From Candidatus Moraniibacteriota bacterium (GTDB lineage Bacteria > Patescibacteriota > Minisyncoccia > Moranbacterales > UBA1568), in assembly GCA_052034935.1 (NCBI GenBank), contig JBPOIB010000001.1:316348-380347 (forward strand): a stretch of DNA of 64,000 nucleotides, written 5' to 3'. Each line of letters begins with the position of its first letter. The first letter of the stretch is position 1. A program made the translations under genes and the position numbers. Below are positions 38,635 to 48,289 of this stretch, in pieces. Under the pieces are notes generated by a model. It did not search any database. It worked only from the letters and a program-made list of their open reading frames with translations, and was not told the DNA's origin.

Positions 38635-39555
38635 CTAGAGCATATCGGCAAGATAGTCTTTCAGTGCCTCTTCATATGGACGAAGCTTCGGCCGTTTCGT
38701 ATTGAGGAGTACGGAAGTGTGAGGACGGCGGGCGGGACGCACCAGCCCCTGGGATGGGACCGGAATCACCTCGATCCGGAACTCGGCCTGGCGGTAGAGC
38801 TCAATTGTCGCCTGGAACCAGGTAACCGGATTCTCATTCGGAAGATGATAGATGCCCGGAGCAGCGTCCGAGGAGATGAGCTCGCGCGTCGCGAAGGCGA
38901 GGTCGGGAGCGTACGTGAAGCACCCCCTCTCATCATCGACTACCTCCACACTCGACCCGTTCTTTGCCTTCATGAGCATCGTATCGAAAAAGCTTTTCTT
39001 ACCAAGACTAGAGATCGCCGGCTCGCCGAAGAGTTTCGAGAGTCGGACAAGATATCCCTTGCCGCCAGCCGCGAGAACTGCCTGCTCACCCTCATATTTC
39101 GACAGTCCGTAACGAGAAATCGGATTCGGTACGGCATCCTCGGCATACCCGGCTTCATTCATTCCATCGAAAACATAGTCCGTCGAGTAATGAACAAAGA
39201 TGATGCCCTTTTCCGCGCTATAGCGAGCGAGATAGCCGGGGACATCCCGGTTCAGGACAAGCGCTTTCCGGTACTCGTCGTCATCCGCCTCGCAGGCATC
39301 AACCGCATTGTAAGCCACGGCATTGATCATCATGTCCGGAGCGAAAGCGGCGATTTTTTCGAGCGAAGCTACCTCTTCCGTCAGATTGATTTCAGTCGTA
39401 TCCCAGAGTGCGAGCTCATAGCCCGCCAATCGAAAGTCCTGACCAAGCGCCTGGCCCAGCATTCCTTTCGCCCCGAGAATCAGGGCTTTTTTTCGTGTTT
39501 TTTGTCCGGTATCATTCATAGCCTCCTTATTATAGCAAATCGCTCGTACTGACAA
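38635..39555 (-). CDS. rmlD: dTDP-4-dehydrorhamnose reductase (true start possibly Met at 39519)
   Basis: Rossmann ILGAKGMLG, catalytic region YSTDYVFDG...YGLSKYEGE (YxxxK) typical of RmlD. Confidence 0.78.
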   Translation of the reverse strand: MSVRAICYNKEAMNDTGQKTRKKALILGAKGMLGQALGQDFRLAGYELALWDTTEINLTEEVASLEKIAAFAPDMMINAVAYNAVDACEADDDEYRKALVLNRDVPGYLARYSAEKGIIFVHYSTDYVFDGMNEAGYAEDAVPNPISRYGLSKYEGEQAVLAAGGKGYLVRLSKLFGEPAISSLGKKSFFDTMLMKAKNGSSVEVVDDERGCFTYAPDLAFATRELISSDAAPGIYHLPNENPVTWFQATIELYRQAEFRIEVIPVPSQGLVRPARRPHTSVLLNTKRPKLRPYEEALKDYLADML

Positions 39556-39557
39556 TT

Positions 39558-40214
39558 TTAACCGAGAAAAGGCATGAAGTCATGCATGGTACCCTCGGTC
39601 ATATCGATATATTCGATACCGAGCGGCTCGAGCAGCATTTTCGGGATGCGTCGGGTCGGACCGAGCTGATGTTCTTGCCGCAGCATCCCATCATGGACCG
39701 GAAAGACTGCTTTCGGCTTAATAATTTTCGCATACTCGATTGCTTCCTCAAGCCGCATCCAGGGTCCAGCAACTGGCAGAGCGAGAACGGCGACGTCCTT
39801 CTTCGGATCATGAAAAGAATCGCCCGGGTAAAAGAGCGCCCCGTCGATGTAAAAACCTGTGTTCTGAACCTTCGGCAAATCGTGATGGATGCAGGCATGA
39901 ACGCTCCCGCTACTCTCAATCGACACATCCTTCACTGTCACCGTCTCACCGTCAGCAATCAGTGTATGCGTGATGCTGGCTTCATCCAGTATCCTTCCCA
40001 CGCTCGCATGCGTGATTACCTTTGCTCCGGGATTTTTCGCAAGGATAACCTCGAGACTCTCGGTATGAAGATGGTCCTGATGCTCGTGTGAAATAAGAAC
40101 AGCATCGATATCTGCCACCATTGGCGTCTCATTGTAGTTTCCCGGATCGGTCAGGATTCGTACGCCCTTCACTTCGATCAAGAGGCAGCAATGCCCGAAT
40201 TTCGTGATTTTCAT
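39558..40214 (-). CDS. MBL-fold metallo-hydrolase (ORF track extends to 40259)
   Basis: HxHxDH motif (ISHEHQDHL), downstream His/Asp ligands. Confidence 0.75.
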   Translation of the reverse strand: MKITKFGHCCLLIEVKGVRILTDPGNYNETPMVADIDAVLISHEHQDHLHTESLEVILAKNPGAKVITHASVGRILDEASITHTLIADGETVTVKDVSIESSGSVHACIHHDLPKVQNTGFYIDGALFYPGDSFHDPKKDVAVLALPVAGPWMRLEEAIEYAKIIKPKAVFPVHDGMLRQEHQLGPTRRIPKMLLEPLGIEYIDMTEGTMHDFMPFLG

Positions 40215-40218
40215 AGAA

Positions 40219-40686
40219 CTACTTTCTCTTCTTAAACAAAATTGCGAGCACTTTATCAAAGCCCGGGAGCAACCGTAGCCCCTTCGCCTCGCTTAGTTTG
40301 AGCCATACGTAATTTTTCGCCTCCCAATCAAGTCGCACCTCGTCTGTGTCCACAGTTACGAGGACAGGATGAACAATCCACGTCTTCTTATATTTCGGCT
40401 CTTCCTGATCAAAAATCTCGCCGAGCCGGATAGACACAATATGCTTCTTAGCCAGACCGAGTTCTTCACGAAGTTCTTCCCTCACTTTTTCCTCCAAGCT
40501 TTTCTGGTCATCGAGGAATCCAGAAATACCATTCCAGTAGCCTGGATAGAGTCGTAGTGAAGCACTCCGTTCAACGAGAAGAATTTTTTGCTTATACTTT
40601 ACGACACAATTAATCACAGGCGCCCAGCGGACATTGGTAAAATCCACTTGACCAGGACGAGGTTGAAAAACCTTCTCTTTCTTCAT
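40219..40686 (-). CDS. NUDIX hydrolase
   Basis: Nudix box GFLDDQKSLEEKVREELREELGL. Confidence 0.8.
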   Translation of the reverse strand: MKKEKVFQPRPGQVDFTNVRWAPVINCVVKYKQKILLVERSASLRLYPGYWNGISGFLDDQKSLEEKVREELREELGLAKKHIVSIRLGEIFDQEEPKYKKTWIVHPVLVTVDTDEVRLDWEAKNYVWLKLSEAKGLRLLPGFDKVLAILFKKRK

Positions 40687-40688
40687 AT

Positions 40689-41015
40689 TTACCCTTTATT
40701 CCGTTTTCGAATCTTCTGAATCTTACCGTCGAGCACCGACATGATATCGACATCCATCGCCCTGGCTAGCATGAAGAGCACGATGAGGACGTCCACAAAT
40801 TCACCTTCCAGATCTCCGGATTTCCCACGAGCGAGCTTCTCCTTTCGTTGATCGCCGACCGAAGCGAGCACGGCATCACAGAGTTCGCCGTACTCTTCGC
40901 CAAGCTTGATTGTCCGGGCGAAAATCCGATTCTTTTGTGTCTGCCTCTTCTCCTTTCGGAAGAATTCGTGCTGCTCGTCGATGAATTGTCGAAACTCTTC
41001 AAACGTCATACTCAT
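40689..41015 (-). CDS. MazG-like nucleotide pyrophosphohydrolase (small single-domain form)
   Basis: 108 aa; EExGELxxA-type motif (LGEEYGELCDAV) and second acidic helix (DLEGEFVDVLIVLFMLA). Confidence 0.65.
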   Translation of the reverse strand: MSMTFEEFRQFIDEQHEFFRKEKRQTQKNRIFARTIKLGEEYGELCDAVLASVGDQRKEKLARGKSGDLEGEFVDVLIVLFMLARAMDVDIMSVLDGKIQKIRKRNKG

Positions 41016-41668
41016 TTTTCCAGTTTCAAAAACTCCCCTTCACTTACTACATCAATCTGATCATCAGTAATTTTAAGTGCTGAATCATCATCAAGAGCAT
41101 ACACGGTTGTGGGAAACTTCAGAGCGAGTGAACGGATGAGATTAGTCCGAAGATGGGCGAAATAATCAGAATTCAGATGCGGCAATATCGAAAGATCAAG
41201 CATGTCTAGTCCAGTCTCATCCCCCACAAAAGATTCCTCCGGCCAAAGCTCGCGAGTAAGTTCCGTAGGCAAAAGCTTACCGACGACCATACTCCCTGCG
41301 CTAATCCCCATATACACTCGCGTCTTCAAAAGCTCCGGCAGGACTTCGGCCACGCCGGACTCTCGCATCACTTTCGCCAAATATTGCTCATCGCCACCGC
41401 CGAAACAAAGTACATCTGCCGATTCAAAGCGTGCCAGCCAGTTCTCACGTGGTACAGCGGCAATATCCACGATATCGAAAGATTTCAATCTGAGCCGAAG
41501 GAACTCATTGTAGTTTTCAACGAGCCAGCTCTTATCATCAGCCACCAGGCTTGCAGCTGTCGGAACGAATACAACGGACACTTCGTTCACCGGCTTACCC
41601 AATAATTCAAACAACGACTTTTCAATTGAGGCATTACTCAGCCCATCAGAAGTCAGGAGAAATTTCAT
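41012..41668 (-). CDS. peptidase S51 / type-1 glutamine-amidotransferase-like protein (PepE/cyanophycinase-like)
   Basis: MKFLLTSDGL...VVFVPTAA...ADVLCFGGGD...YMGISAGSMV, the S51 Ser nucleophile context. Confidence 0.7.
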   Translation of the reverse strand: MKFLLTSDGLSNASIEKSLFELLGKPVNEVSVVFVPTAASLVADDKSWLVENYNEFLRLRLKSFDIVDIAAVPRENWLARFESADVLCFGGGDEQYLAKVMRESGVAEVLPELLKTRVYMGISAGSMVVGKLLPTELTRELWPEESFVGDETGLDMLDLSILPHLNSDYFAHLRTNLIRSLALKFPTTVYALDDDSALKITDDQIDVVSEGEFLKLEK

Positions 41669-41669
41669 A

Positions 41670-42215
41670 CTATATGTTTTGACTCAAGTAACGAAGCAAT
41701 ACCAAGGCACTCCGCTCCTCGCTTATAGAACCATCGAGACACATGCCCCTTGCTTTCTCGCAATCAAAATATTCAAAAACAATATCTTCTCCATGCTCTA
41801 GCTGTTGCTCAACCTTACTGAAATCATTTACAACAAAATAGTAGAGATCCCAAACAATTGTTGCACCACAAACAGATTTGTGGAAAAAAGAAATGTCCTT
41901 CACTTCTATCCCTGCTTCTTCATGCGCTTCCTTGATAGCAGCCCGCTGAGCAGACTCATTGATATCTACACCTCTCTCCAATGCGCTATTGTACTCATCG
42001 AGTGAATCATAGACTTTTCCTCCCGGAAGTCGATAGTCATACCCGTCAAGTTCATGACGAAATTCTTTGGTCAAAAGAATTGTCTTACCCTGAGGAATAA
42101 TGAGTCGCGTCCCAGGTGAACGCCGAGCAAATTCAAACATTTTTTTCACACCAGCTTGCTCAACATCCTTCTGTACCACTTCAATTATCTTCCCCTTGTA
42201 AGTGATATTTTCCAT
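41670..42215 (-). CDS. NUDIX hydrolase (ADP-ribose pyrophosphatase-like)
   Basis: Nudix box GGKVYDSLDEYNSALERGVDINESAQRAAIKEAHEEAGI. Confidence 0.78.
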   Translation of the reverse strand: MENITYKGKIIEVVQKDVEQAGVKKMFEFARRSPGTRLIIPQGKTILLTKEFRHELDGYDYRLPGGKVYDSLDEYNSALERGVDINESAQRAAIKEAHEEAGIEVKDISFFHKSVCGATIVWDLYYFVVNDFSKVEQQLEHGEDIVFEYFDCEKARGMCLDGSISEERSALVLLRYLSQNI

Positions 42216-42218
42216 ACA

Positions 42219-42689
42219 TTAACAATCAACAAATCCGCCAATATAACTCGCTTCATAAACACACTCACCGTCTCGATAGATTTTCTCGGTACCGGAAAAA
42301 TTCTCTACCAATCCATCAATATCGTTTTCATACCGCCAATTTTCTTTCTCGAAAACTGCCGGGCCGCGATAGGGAACATCCTCTGTCGTATGGCGAAGTG
42401 CCTCCGTGAGAACGCCATACACTGCAGTATTACCAATTTCAGTATAGACAAATCCGTAGTACACCATCATCCACACAGCTTTGCCTTGGTAAAATACGAC
42501 TTCTCGACCACCATACGGTTCACCGCCGAAGTAATTGTCATGGAACTTGAAATCTCCTTCCGCAAACTCAATGGTTGTTGATCCGTCCAGCTGTTTCACT
42601 TTGATTGATTCATCACCCGACGCATACGTCGCGCGACTCGCAGAATAAATAAACCTTCTTAATTTCTCATGATCAAACCTATTTTCCAT
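42219..42689 (-). CDS. hypothetical conserved protein, possibly DUF5680-like (ORF track extends to 42722, overlapping rmlB)
   Basis: Pattern FHDNYFGGEPYGGREVVFYQGKAVWMMVYYG and C-terminal YIGGFVD resembles my recollection of DUF5680; unverified. Confidence 0.4.
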   Translation of the reverse strand: MENRFDHEKLRRFIYSASRATYASGDESIKVKQLDGSTTIEFAEGDFKFHDNYFGGEPYGGREVVFYQGKAVWMMVYYGFVYTEIGNTAVYGVLTEALRHTTEDVPYRGPAVFEKENWRYENDIDGLVENFSGTEKIYRDGECVYEASYIGGFVDC

Positions 42690-43680
42690 ATTGTTCGGAA
42701 TAGTATTTCTGATACTCCCCACTTTTCACATTCTTCCACCAGGTTTCATTAACTTTGAACCACTCAACGGTCCTAGCCAGTCCTTCTTCCAAATTCACTG
42801 ATGGTTCCCAGCCAAGCTCGGTTTTAATCTTGTCGAAGTTGATGGCGTAGCGACGGTCATGGCCGGGCCGGTCCTTCACGTACTCGATTGATGACTCGTC
42901 TTTGCCAAGGAGCCTGAGAAGTTCCTTCACGATCCAAATATTTTCCCGTTCGCCGTCGCCACCAACACAGTAGGTCTCGCCAATTGTTCCTTTTTCGAGG
43001 ATAAGCGCGATCGCCCGCGCATGATCCTCCACATACAGCCAGTCGCGCACCTGAGCGCCGTCCCCATACACCGGGATTTTCTTTCCATCGAGGAGGTTGG
43101 TAATCGCAAGCGGAATAAGTTTCTCGGGGAAGTGATAGGGGCCATAATTATTGGAGCAATTCGATATCGTAACCGGCAGACCGAACGTATGGAAATAGGC
43201 CCGGACGAGGTGATCGCTCCCAGCCTTGCTCGCACTGTAGGGACTGCGCGGATCATAGGGCGTTGCCTCATCGAACGCTGGGTCGGCTGGCGCAAGCGCA
43301 CCAAAAACCTCATCGGTTGAGACGTGATGAAACCGCTTCATATGTTTCCGCGCTGCCTCAAGAAGCGTAAACGTTCCGAGCACATTCGTCCGGACGAAAG
43401 CCTCCGGACCAAGAATAGATCGATCGACATGACTTTCAGCCGCAAAATGGACAATCGCATCACACTCTGCTACGAGCGAATCAACGAGCGAGACATCAGT
43501 GATGTCGCCTTTCACGAAACGGTAGCGTGAGTCGCCTTCGAACTCCTTTAGGTTTTCCGGATTGCCCGCATAGGTCAGGAGATCGAGATTGATGATTTCC
43601 ACCTCGAGATTACTCCCAAGCATGTAACGGATAAAATTTGATCCGATGAATCCAGCGCCACCGGTAACAAGAAGTTTCAT
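42679..43680 (-). CDS. rmlB: dTDP-glucose 4,6-dehydratase (ORF track extends to 43722; MKLLVTGGAGFIGS is the conventional N-terminus)
   Basis: Rossmann TGGAGFIGSNF, catalytic YSASKAGSDHLV (YxxxK), RmlB-specific C-terminal segment. Confidence 0.9.
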   Translation of the reverse strand: MKLLVTGGAGFIGSNFIRYMLGSNLEVEIINLDLLTYAGNPENLKEFEGDSRYRFVKGDITDVSLVDSLVAECDAIVHFAAESHVDRSILGPEAFVRTNVLGTFTLLEAARKHMKRFHHVSTDEVFGALAPADPAFDEATPYDPRSPYSASKAGSDHLVRAYFHTFGLPVTISNCSNNYGPYHFPEKLIPLAITNLLDGKKIPVYGDGAQVRDWLYVEDHARAIALILEKGTIGETYCVGGDGERENIWIVKELLRLLGKDESSIEYVKDRPGHDRRYAINFDKIKTELGWEPSVNLEEGLARTVEWFKVNETWWKNVKSGEYQKYYSEQYGK

Positions 43681-43684
43681 AATT

Positions 43685-44254
43685 TTACGCTGTAAGGATT
43701 GGGTTTGTGAAAACAAATTCACTCGAGATTTCCGAAAGGAGCGGATGCCGCTGATCCTTTTCTGAAACGATTCGCTCAGTCACACCCCAGTCGATACCGA
43801 CTGCCGGGTCATCGAAGCGGATGCCGCGGTCATACCCCTTGGAATACGCATTCGTGCACTTGTAGGAAAAAATCGTATTGTCCTCGAGCGCCGCAAACCC
43901 GTGAGCGAAGCCAGCTGGGATCCAAAACTGGCGATGGTTATCGGCTGAAAGCTCAACCGCGACATGCTTCCCGTACGTCGGCGATCCGGTCCGGATATCG
44001 ACCGCGACATCCATCACCCGACCGCGAAGCACTGAAACGAGCTTGCCCTGGGCGAACGGCGACGTCTGATAGTGCAATCCGCGAATAACGCCTTTTTTTG
44101 ACACTGAAACATTATCCTGAACAAAGGCATCCGGAATCCCTGCCTCGCGATACCGGCTACTATTGAAGGATTCGAAGAAGTATCCGCGTTCATCCCGGTA
44201 GATATCCGGCTCGATGACAAGTAGTCCTTCGATAGCGGTTCTGGCGACATTCAT
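43685..44254 (-). CDS. rmlC: dTDP-4-dehydrorhamnose 3,5-epimerase
   Basis: LLVIEPDIYRDERGYFFESF ... RGLHYQ ... cupin-fold RmlC motifs. Confidence 0.9.
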   Translation of the reverse strand: MNVARTAIEGLLVIEPDIYRDERGYFFESFNSSRYREAGIPDAFVQDNVSVSKKGVIRGLHYQTSPFAQGKLVSVLRGRVMDVAVDIRTGSPTYGKHVAVELSADNHRQFWIPAGFAHGFAALEDNTIFSYKCTNAYSKGYDRGIRFDDPAVGIDWGVTERIVSEKDQRHPLLSEISSEFVFTNPILTA

Positions 44255-44302
44255 AGGGAAAATCAGATCAATTACCTTTATCCTACCGTATTCGTGGGGA
44301 AA

Positions 44303-44345
44303 ACGAAAAAGCGCCCTGAGCAGAGTCGAAGGGCGCTTTTTGGTT
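44303..44345. terminator. rho-independent terminator downstream of the KH-protein gene (A-run/T-run flanked, potentially bidirectional)
   Basis: Stem AAGCGCCCT (44309-44318) / AGGGCGCTT (44330-44338), loop gagcagagtcga, T-run on the minus strand. Confidence 0.6.
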
Positions 44346-44737
44346 TAAATCTTGATATCGTTCATCACATCTTCGAGCGAACGCGGGGCCGGGGTCGGCT
44401 GGATCACATGCTCGAACGGTTCATTTGGACTCACCACTTCTTCGGCCGGAATCGCCTCGTGGCGCCGTTCCGGACGCTGACCGCCTTCCGGTTCATTGAT
44501 CTTCAGGTTCACGCGAGCATTATTCCGTGCGCCGATAACGCGGAGCAAAGTTCGGAGTGCCTTCGCGGTCATCCCTTCGCGACCGATGACCATGCCCATA
44601 TCGTCCGCATGGACATCGAGCGTGATAAGTACGCCCATCTCATCAATCTTCCGCTCCACTTTCACACTCTCCGGATTATCCACCAACATCTTCACTACGT
44701 ACTCGATAAATTCCTTGTCCCGTGCTTCGTCTGTCAT
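44345..44737 (-). CDS. KH-domain RNA-binding protein (KhpA/YlqC, UPF0109-like) with C-terminal extension
   Basis: VDNPESVKVERKIDEMGVLITLDVHADDMGMVIGREGMTAKALRTLLRV, a type II KH fold with GxxG (GREG). Confidence 0.75.
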   Translation of the reverse strand: MTDEARDKEFIEYVVKMLVDNPESVKVERKIDEMGVLITLDVHADDMGMVIGREGMTAKALRTLLRVIGARNNARVNLKINEPEGGQRPERRHEAIPAEEVVSPNEPFEHVIQPTPAPRSLEDVMNDIKI

Positions 44738-44817
44738 ACACGTCTCTCAAAGTAATGATGGGTTACAGAAACTTCCTCTTTATTCTAGGCGATTGGTCCT
44801 GAAAATTCAATTCCTGT

Positions 44818-46137
44818 CTACCGCCATTCTTCCGGCGGACGGAAAGGGTTAGCGCGCCAAGCAGCCGACTGACGGCAAAGAAGTGATCGATTCTTCTCTG
44901 CTCTTTGCTCGCCCCCGAGCAGCGCTTCGACGACGAGCTCCATCCGCAGCCCCTGCGAACCCTTTACCAGAACAAGATCGTGGGGGCGGACCACCGTATG
45001 TATCCGTTCCAAAGCCGTCACGGGGTCAGGGAAATGGAAGATGTTTTTCTCAGGAAAATTCGTCCCACGGAGCGCATCAGAGAGAAAGTGCATGTGCTGT
45101 CCAACACCTACGAAAACGCTCGCTCCGCTTGAAATGACCGCATCGCGGAGCATGCGATGAACCTCATCCGAAGTCGACCCAATCTCGAGCATGTCGCCGA
45201 GAATGACAACTTTCCTCGGAGCGATCAGCTCGCGCATTGTCGCAAGCGCCGCTTCAGTCGAGGCACGCGAAGCGTTATAGGTATCATCGATGACCCGGAT
45301 ATCCGCATTGCCATCGAGCAGCCTCATCCGGCCCGGAAGCGTCTGGAACTCGACAAGCGCCGCCGCGATATCGACGAGGTTCATCTTGAGCGCTGTGCCG
45401 ACAGCCGCGGCAGCGAGTACCGCCGAGATATGATGCCGACCGATAATACCTGGGAGACGAACCGGGATTGATTTGCCACCCGAATTCAACTTGAAAGAAA
45501 GACCCTCTATCCGATTCCCTTCCTGAAGCAGGCGGATATTGTCAGCACGGAGCGATGCTCCCTCGGTCAGACCGTAGGAAATGACCGCGGCCGTAGTCCT
45601 CCCACTCTGCTGCAGCGCCAAATCATTGTCAGCGTTCACAATTGCCGTCCCCGAATCAGGAATCGCAGCAACCAATTTCCCTTTCTCTTTCGCAATCTGG
45701 TCGATATTTTCGAATTGTGCAAGATGACTTTCCGAAACGTGCGTCAGGACAGCGATATCCGGCTGCACGATACTGAGGAGATAGTCCATATCGCCGGGAT
45801 AATCAACGCCCATCTCAAGAATGAGCACCTCCGGATAAGGACGGAGGCGAAGCATCGAAAGGATAGCTTCGGCACCGGCCTGAACCCAAAGCGAGAACGA
45901 CCGGCCCGGACTCTTGATCCCGAGAATCGCGGCCGGAAGGCCGAACTCATTATTGTAGTTGCCGGGCGAGTAACGGATCGTGAAATTCTTGGAGAGCACA
46001 AGCGCGGTTGCCTCTTTCGCTGAGCTCTTACCAACCGATCCAGTAATACCGACAATGATGGGCTGGTGCGCCCGGAGCACGCTGCGAGCGAGCATTCTGA
46101 GGATTCCGGCGCCTATTTTCTGTAGCCTCTTGTTCAT
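44818..46137 (-). CDS. murF: UDP-N-acetylmuramoyl-tripeptide--D-alanyl-D-alanine ligase
   Basis: Mur ligase P-loop GITGSVGKSSAKE, MurF-type YNNEFGLPAAILG, C-terminal Mur ligase domain; last Mur gene of the dcw fragment. Confidence 0.8.
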   Translation of the reverse strand: MNKRLQKIGAGILRMLARSVLRAHQPIIVGITGSVGKSSAKEATALVLSKNFTIRYSPGNYNNEFGLPAAILGIKSPGRSFSLWVQAGAEAILSMLRLRPYPEVLILEMGVDYPGDMDYLLSIVQPDIAVLTHVSESHLAQFENIDQIAKEKGKLVAAIPDSGTAIVNADNDLALQQSGRTTAAVISYGLTEGASLRADNIRLLQEGNRIEGLSFKLNSGGKSIPVRLPGIIGRHHISAVLAAAAVGTALKMNLVDIAAALVEFQTLPGRMRLLDGNADIRVIDDTYNASRASTEAALATMRELIAPRKVVILGDMLEIGSTSDEVHRMLRDAVISSGASVFVGVGQHMHFLSDALRGTNFPEKNIFHFPDPVTALERIHTVVRPHDLVLVKGSQGLRMELVVEALLGGEQRAEKNRSLLCRQSAAWRANPFRPPEEWR

Positions 46138-46149
46138 AAATCAGACAGT

Positions 46150-47916
46150 CTATTTCTTCATCGGTTCAGTCGTCGGTACTGTAGCATAGGAGAGAAGAAA
46201 CCGCATGATAGAGCCGAAAGTCGGAGCTGCGCTCGATTCTGCCCACTGCACATCTTTCGGATTATCGAATTTCACGATAACAACAAAACGCGGGTCATTG
46301 ATTGGCGCATAGCCAACGAAGGAGCCGATAGTAATATTCTCATCATAGCCTTTCGATCCGGTCTTCGCGACCTGAGCTGTTCCAGTTTTTCCGCCGACGA
46401 GATATCCGGGGACATCAGCTCGCTTGCCATGACCGTTCACAACGACGTTCCGGAGCATCTCTCCGACTTTCTTCGCCGTATCCTGCGAGAGGACACGCCG
46501 CACTTCTTCCGGCTCGACTGTCCGGACTTCGCCCTGAGCATCGATAATCCGGTCAACGATCTGCGGTTTCATCAGGATCCCGTCATTGGCAATCGCCCCA
46601 TAGGCCATCGCCAGCTGGAGCGGCGTTACGGTGATCCCTTGGCCGAACGAGGCAGTCATGAATTGAATCGCTGATTTGGGATTGTCGAGGTTGCGCAGAT
46701 TGCCCGCGTGCTCCGCCGGCAGACGGATTCCCGTTTTCGCCCCGAAACCGAAACGCCGCAGGCTTTCCCGGAACGGCACATGGCCAACGAGCCGCTCGAC
46801 ATGCATGACACCGGTATTGATCGACTCCTCAAGCACCTTCGTCATCGAACTCCGGCCATATACCTTATCCTCAGCATTTCTGATGGAGTAGCCCGCCTCT
46901 TGGACGACTCCCGTATCGACAAATTCAGTATTGGGGTTAACTTTTCCGTCTTCGATCCCGATCGCCATCGTGATTGGTTTCATGACCGATCCAGACTCGT
47001 ACGGCAAACTTACGAGCGGATTCATGAAAAGACTGATATCTTCAGTCTTGCCATACTCGTTCGGATTGAACTGCGGCACACTCGCCATCGCGAGTATTTT
47101 TCCCGTCTTCGGTTCGAGAACAATCGCGGAAGCCGTATCAGCATTGAATTTTTCCTTTGATTCGGAGAGTATTTTCTCCACCTCATACTGGATGACACGA
47201 TCGATCGTGAGAACAAGGCTCTGCCCATCTTCCGGCTCGACATGATCCCGATCCGTCAATGAAATCCAGCGACCGGCCGCATCGCGCTCCTGAGAAATCG
47301 TGCCATCTTTACCGTGAAGCTCTCCGTTCCAGCTCGCTTCGACGCCATAGATCCCAATTTCTCCATCATCGCTCGGGCCAGCGAACCCGATTACCTTGGA
47401 AGATAATTCGCCGCCCGGGTAGTAGCGGTAGATTTCCGGCAAGAAATTCACACCCTTCAGATGGAGCTCGCTAATCCGACTCTCCTCTTCCGGAGTGATT
47501 TTTTTCTTAATCACTTCAAATGGGTCAGCACGATCGGAAAGCCGTTCTCGGATTCTTTCCTCTTCGATACCGAGGATGGAGGATAGGGCAAGTGCTGTCG
47601 CAGGAACATCTTCGACGAGTTTGGGGATGACGTAGACGAGCCTATACTCACGATTGACGGCGATGGGATAGGTCAGATCACCGTCGCGGAGAGAAATACT
47701 GCCTCGTTCAGCTCGGAGCGCCTGAGCGATCGTATGTTGATCCTCAGCCATTGCCACCCACTTTTCACGACCGACAACCTGCAACACATAGAGACGACCA
47801 ATAATGACAACGCCAGCGAAAAAAAGCGCACTACGGAAAAAATACAGCCGCCAATGAGGAGCTGTGCCTGCCGGGTGCGAGAGTTTCTGACGGGAGGCGC
47901 GTCGAGCAATCTGCAT
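46150..47916 (-). CDS. ftsI: peptidoglycan D,D-transpeptidase FtsI (class B PBP)
   Basis: N-terminal TM, PBP dimerisation domain, transpeptidase motifs SVMKP (SxxK), SIN (SxN), GKTGTAQ (KTG). Confidence 0.88.
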   Translation of the reverse strand: MQIARRASRQKLSHPAGTAPHWRLYFFRSALFFAGVVIIGRLYVLQVVGREKWVAMAEDQHTIAQALRAERGSISLRDGDLTYPIAVNREYRLVYVIPKLVEDVPATALALSSILGIEEERIRERLSDRADPFEVIKKKITPEEESRISELHLKGVNFLPEIYRYYPGGELSSKVIGFAGPSDDGEIGIYGVEASWNGELHGKDGTISQERDAAGRWISLTDRDHVEPEDGQSLVLTIDRVIQYEVEKILSESKEKFNADTASAIVLEPKTGKILAMASVPQFNPNEYGKTEDISLFMNPLVSLPYESGSVMKPITMAIGIEDGKVNPNTEFVDTGVVQEAGYSIRNAEDKVYGRSSMTKVLEESINTGVMHVERLVGHVPFRESLRRFGFGAKTGIRLPAEHAGNLRNLDNPKSAIQFMTASFGQGITVTPLQLAMAYGAIANDGILMKPQIVDRIIDAQGEVRTVEPEEVRRVLSQDTAKKVGEMLRNVVVNGHGKRADVPGYLVGGKTGTAQVAKTGSKGYDENITIGSFVGYAPINDPRFVVIVKFDNPKDVQWAESSAAPTFGSIMRFLLSYATVPTTEPMKK

Positions 47917-47924
47917 ACGGGTAT

Positions 47925-48281
47925 TTAACGGAGAGCGACGGCATTTGTTCGAGCATTCAGGACAGTGGTGATTTCCGCTTTCTCCATCCGGAGATCAGCA
48001 CTCCCTTCTTCGACCCGCGAGAGAGATTTTGCTTCAGCCTCACGGACTCGGAGCTCAGCATTCGCTTTTTTCAGCTCTTTCAGCTCCTTCTCCAGGTTTC
48101 GAATCGCGTATCCCTGGACCGCATTCCGGTTCACCGAATAGACATAGAGACCGGCGGAAAGCAGGGAAAGGGCGAGTAAAGCGACAACGGCAACATGGGC
48201 GCTCGCCGCATGCGCCGACCAGAGCCTCCGCTGAAGCTTGGCTGGTTTATTTTGTCTTTTTTCAGCACAGTAGACTCGCAT
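47925..48281 (-). CDS. ftsL: cell division protein FtsL-like (single TM + coiled coil)
   Basis: 118 aa; TM HVAVVALLALSLLSAGLYVY followed by a heptad-like LEKELKELKKANAELRVREAE; positioned between rsmH and ftsI. Confidence 0.6.
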   Translation of the reverse strand: MRVYCAEKRQNKPAKLQRRLWSAHAASAHVAVVALLALSLLSAGLYVYSVNRNAVQGYAIRNLEKELKELKKANAELRVREAEAKSLSRVEEGSADLRMEKAEITTVLNARTNAVALR

Positions 48282-48289
48282 ATTTGTTT

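Noticed and set aside
38719-39552. 277-aa ORF on the plus strand
   Set aside because: Antisense to rmlD.
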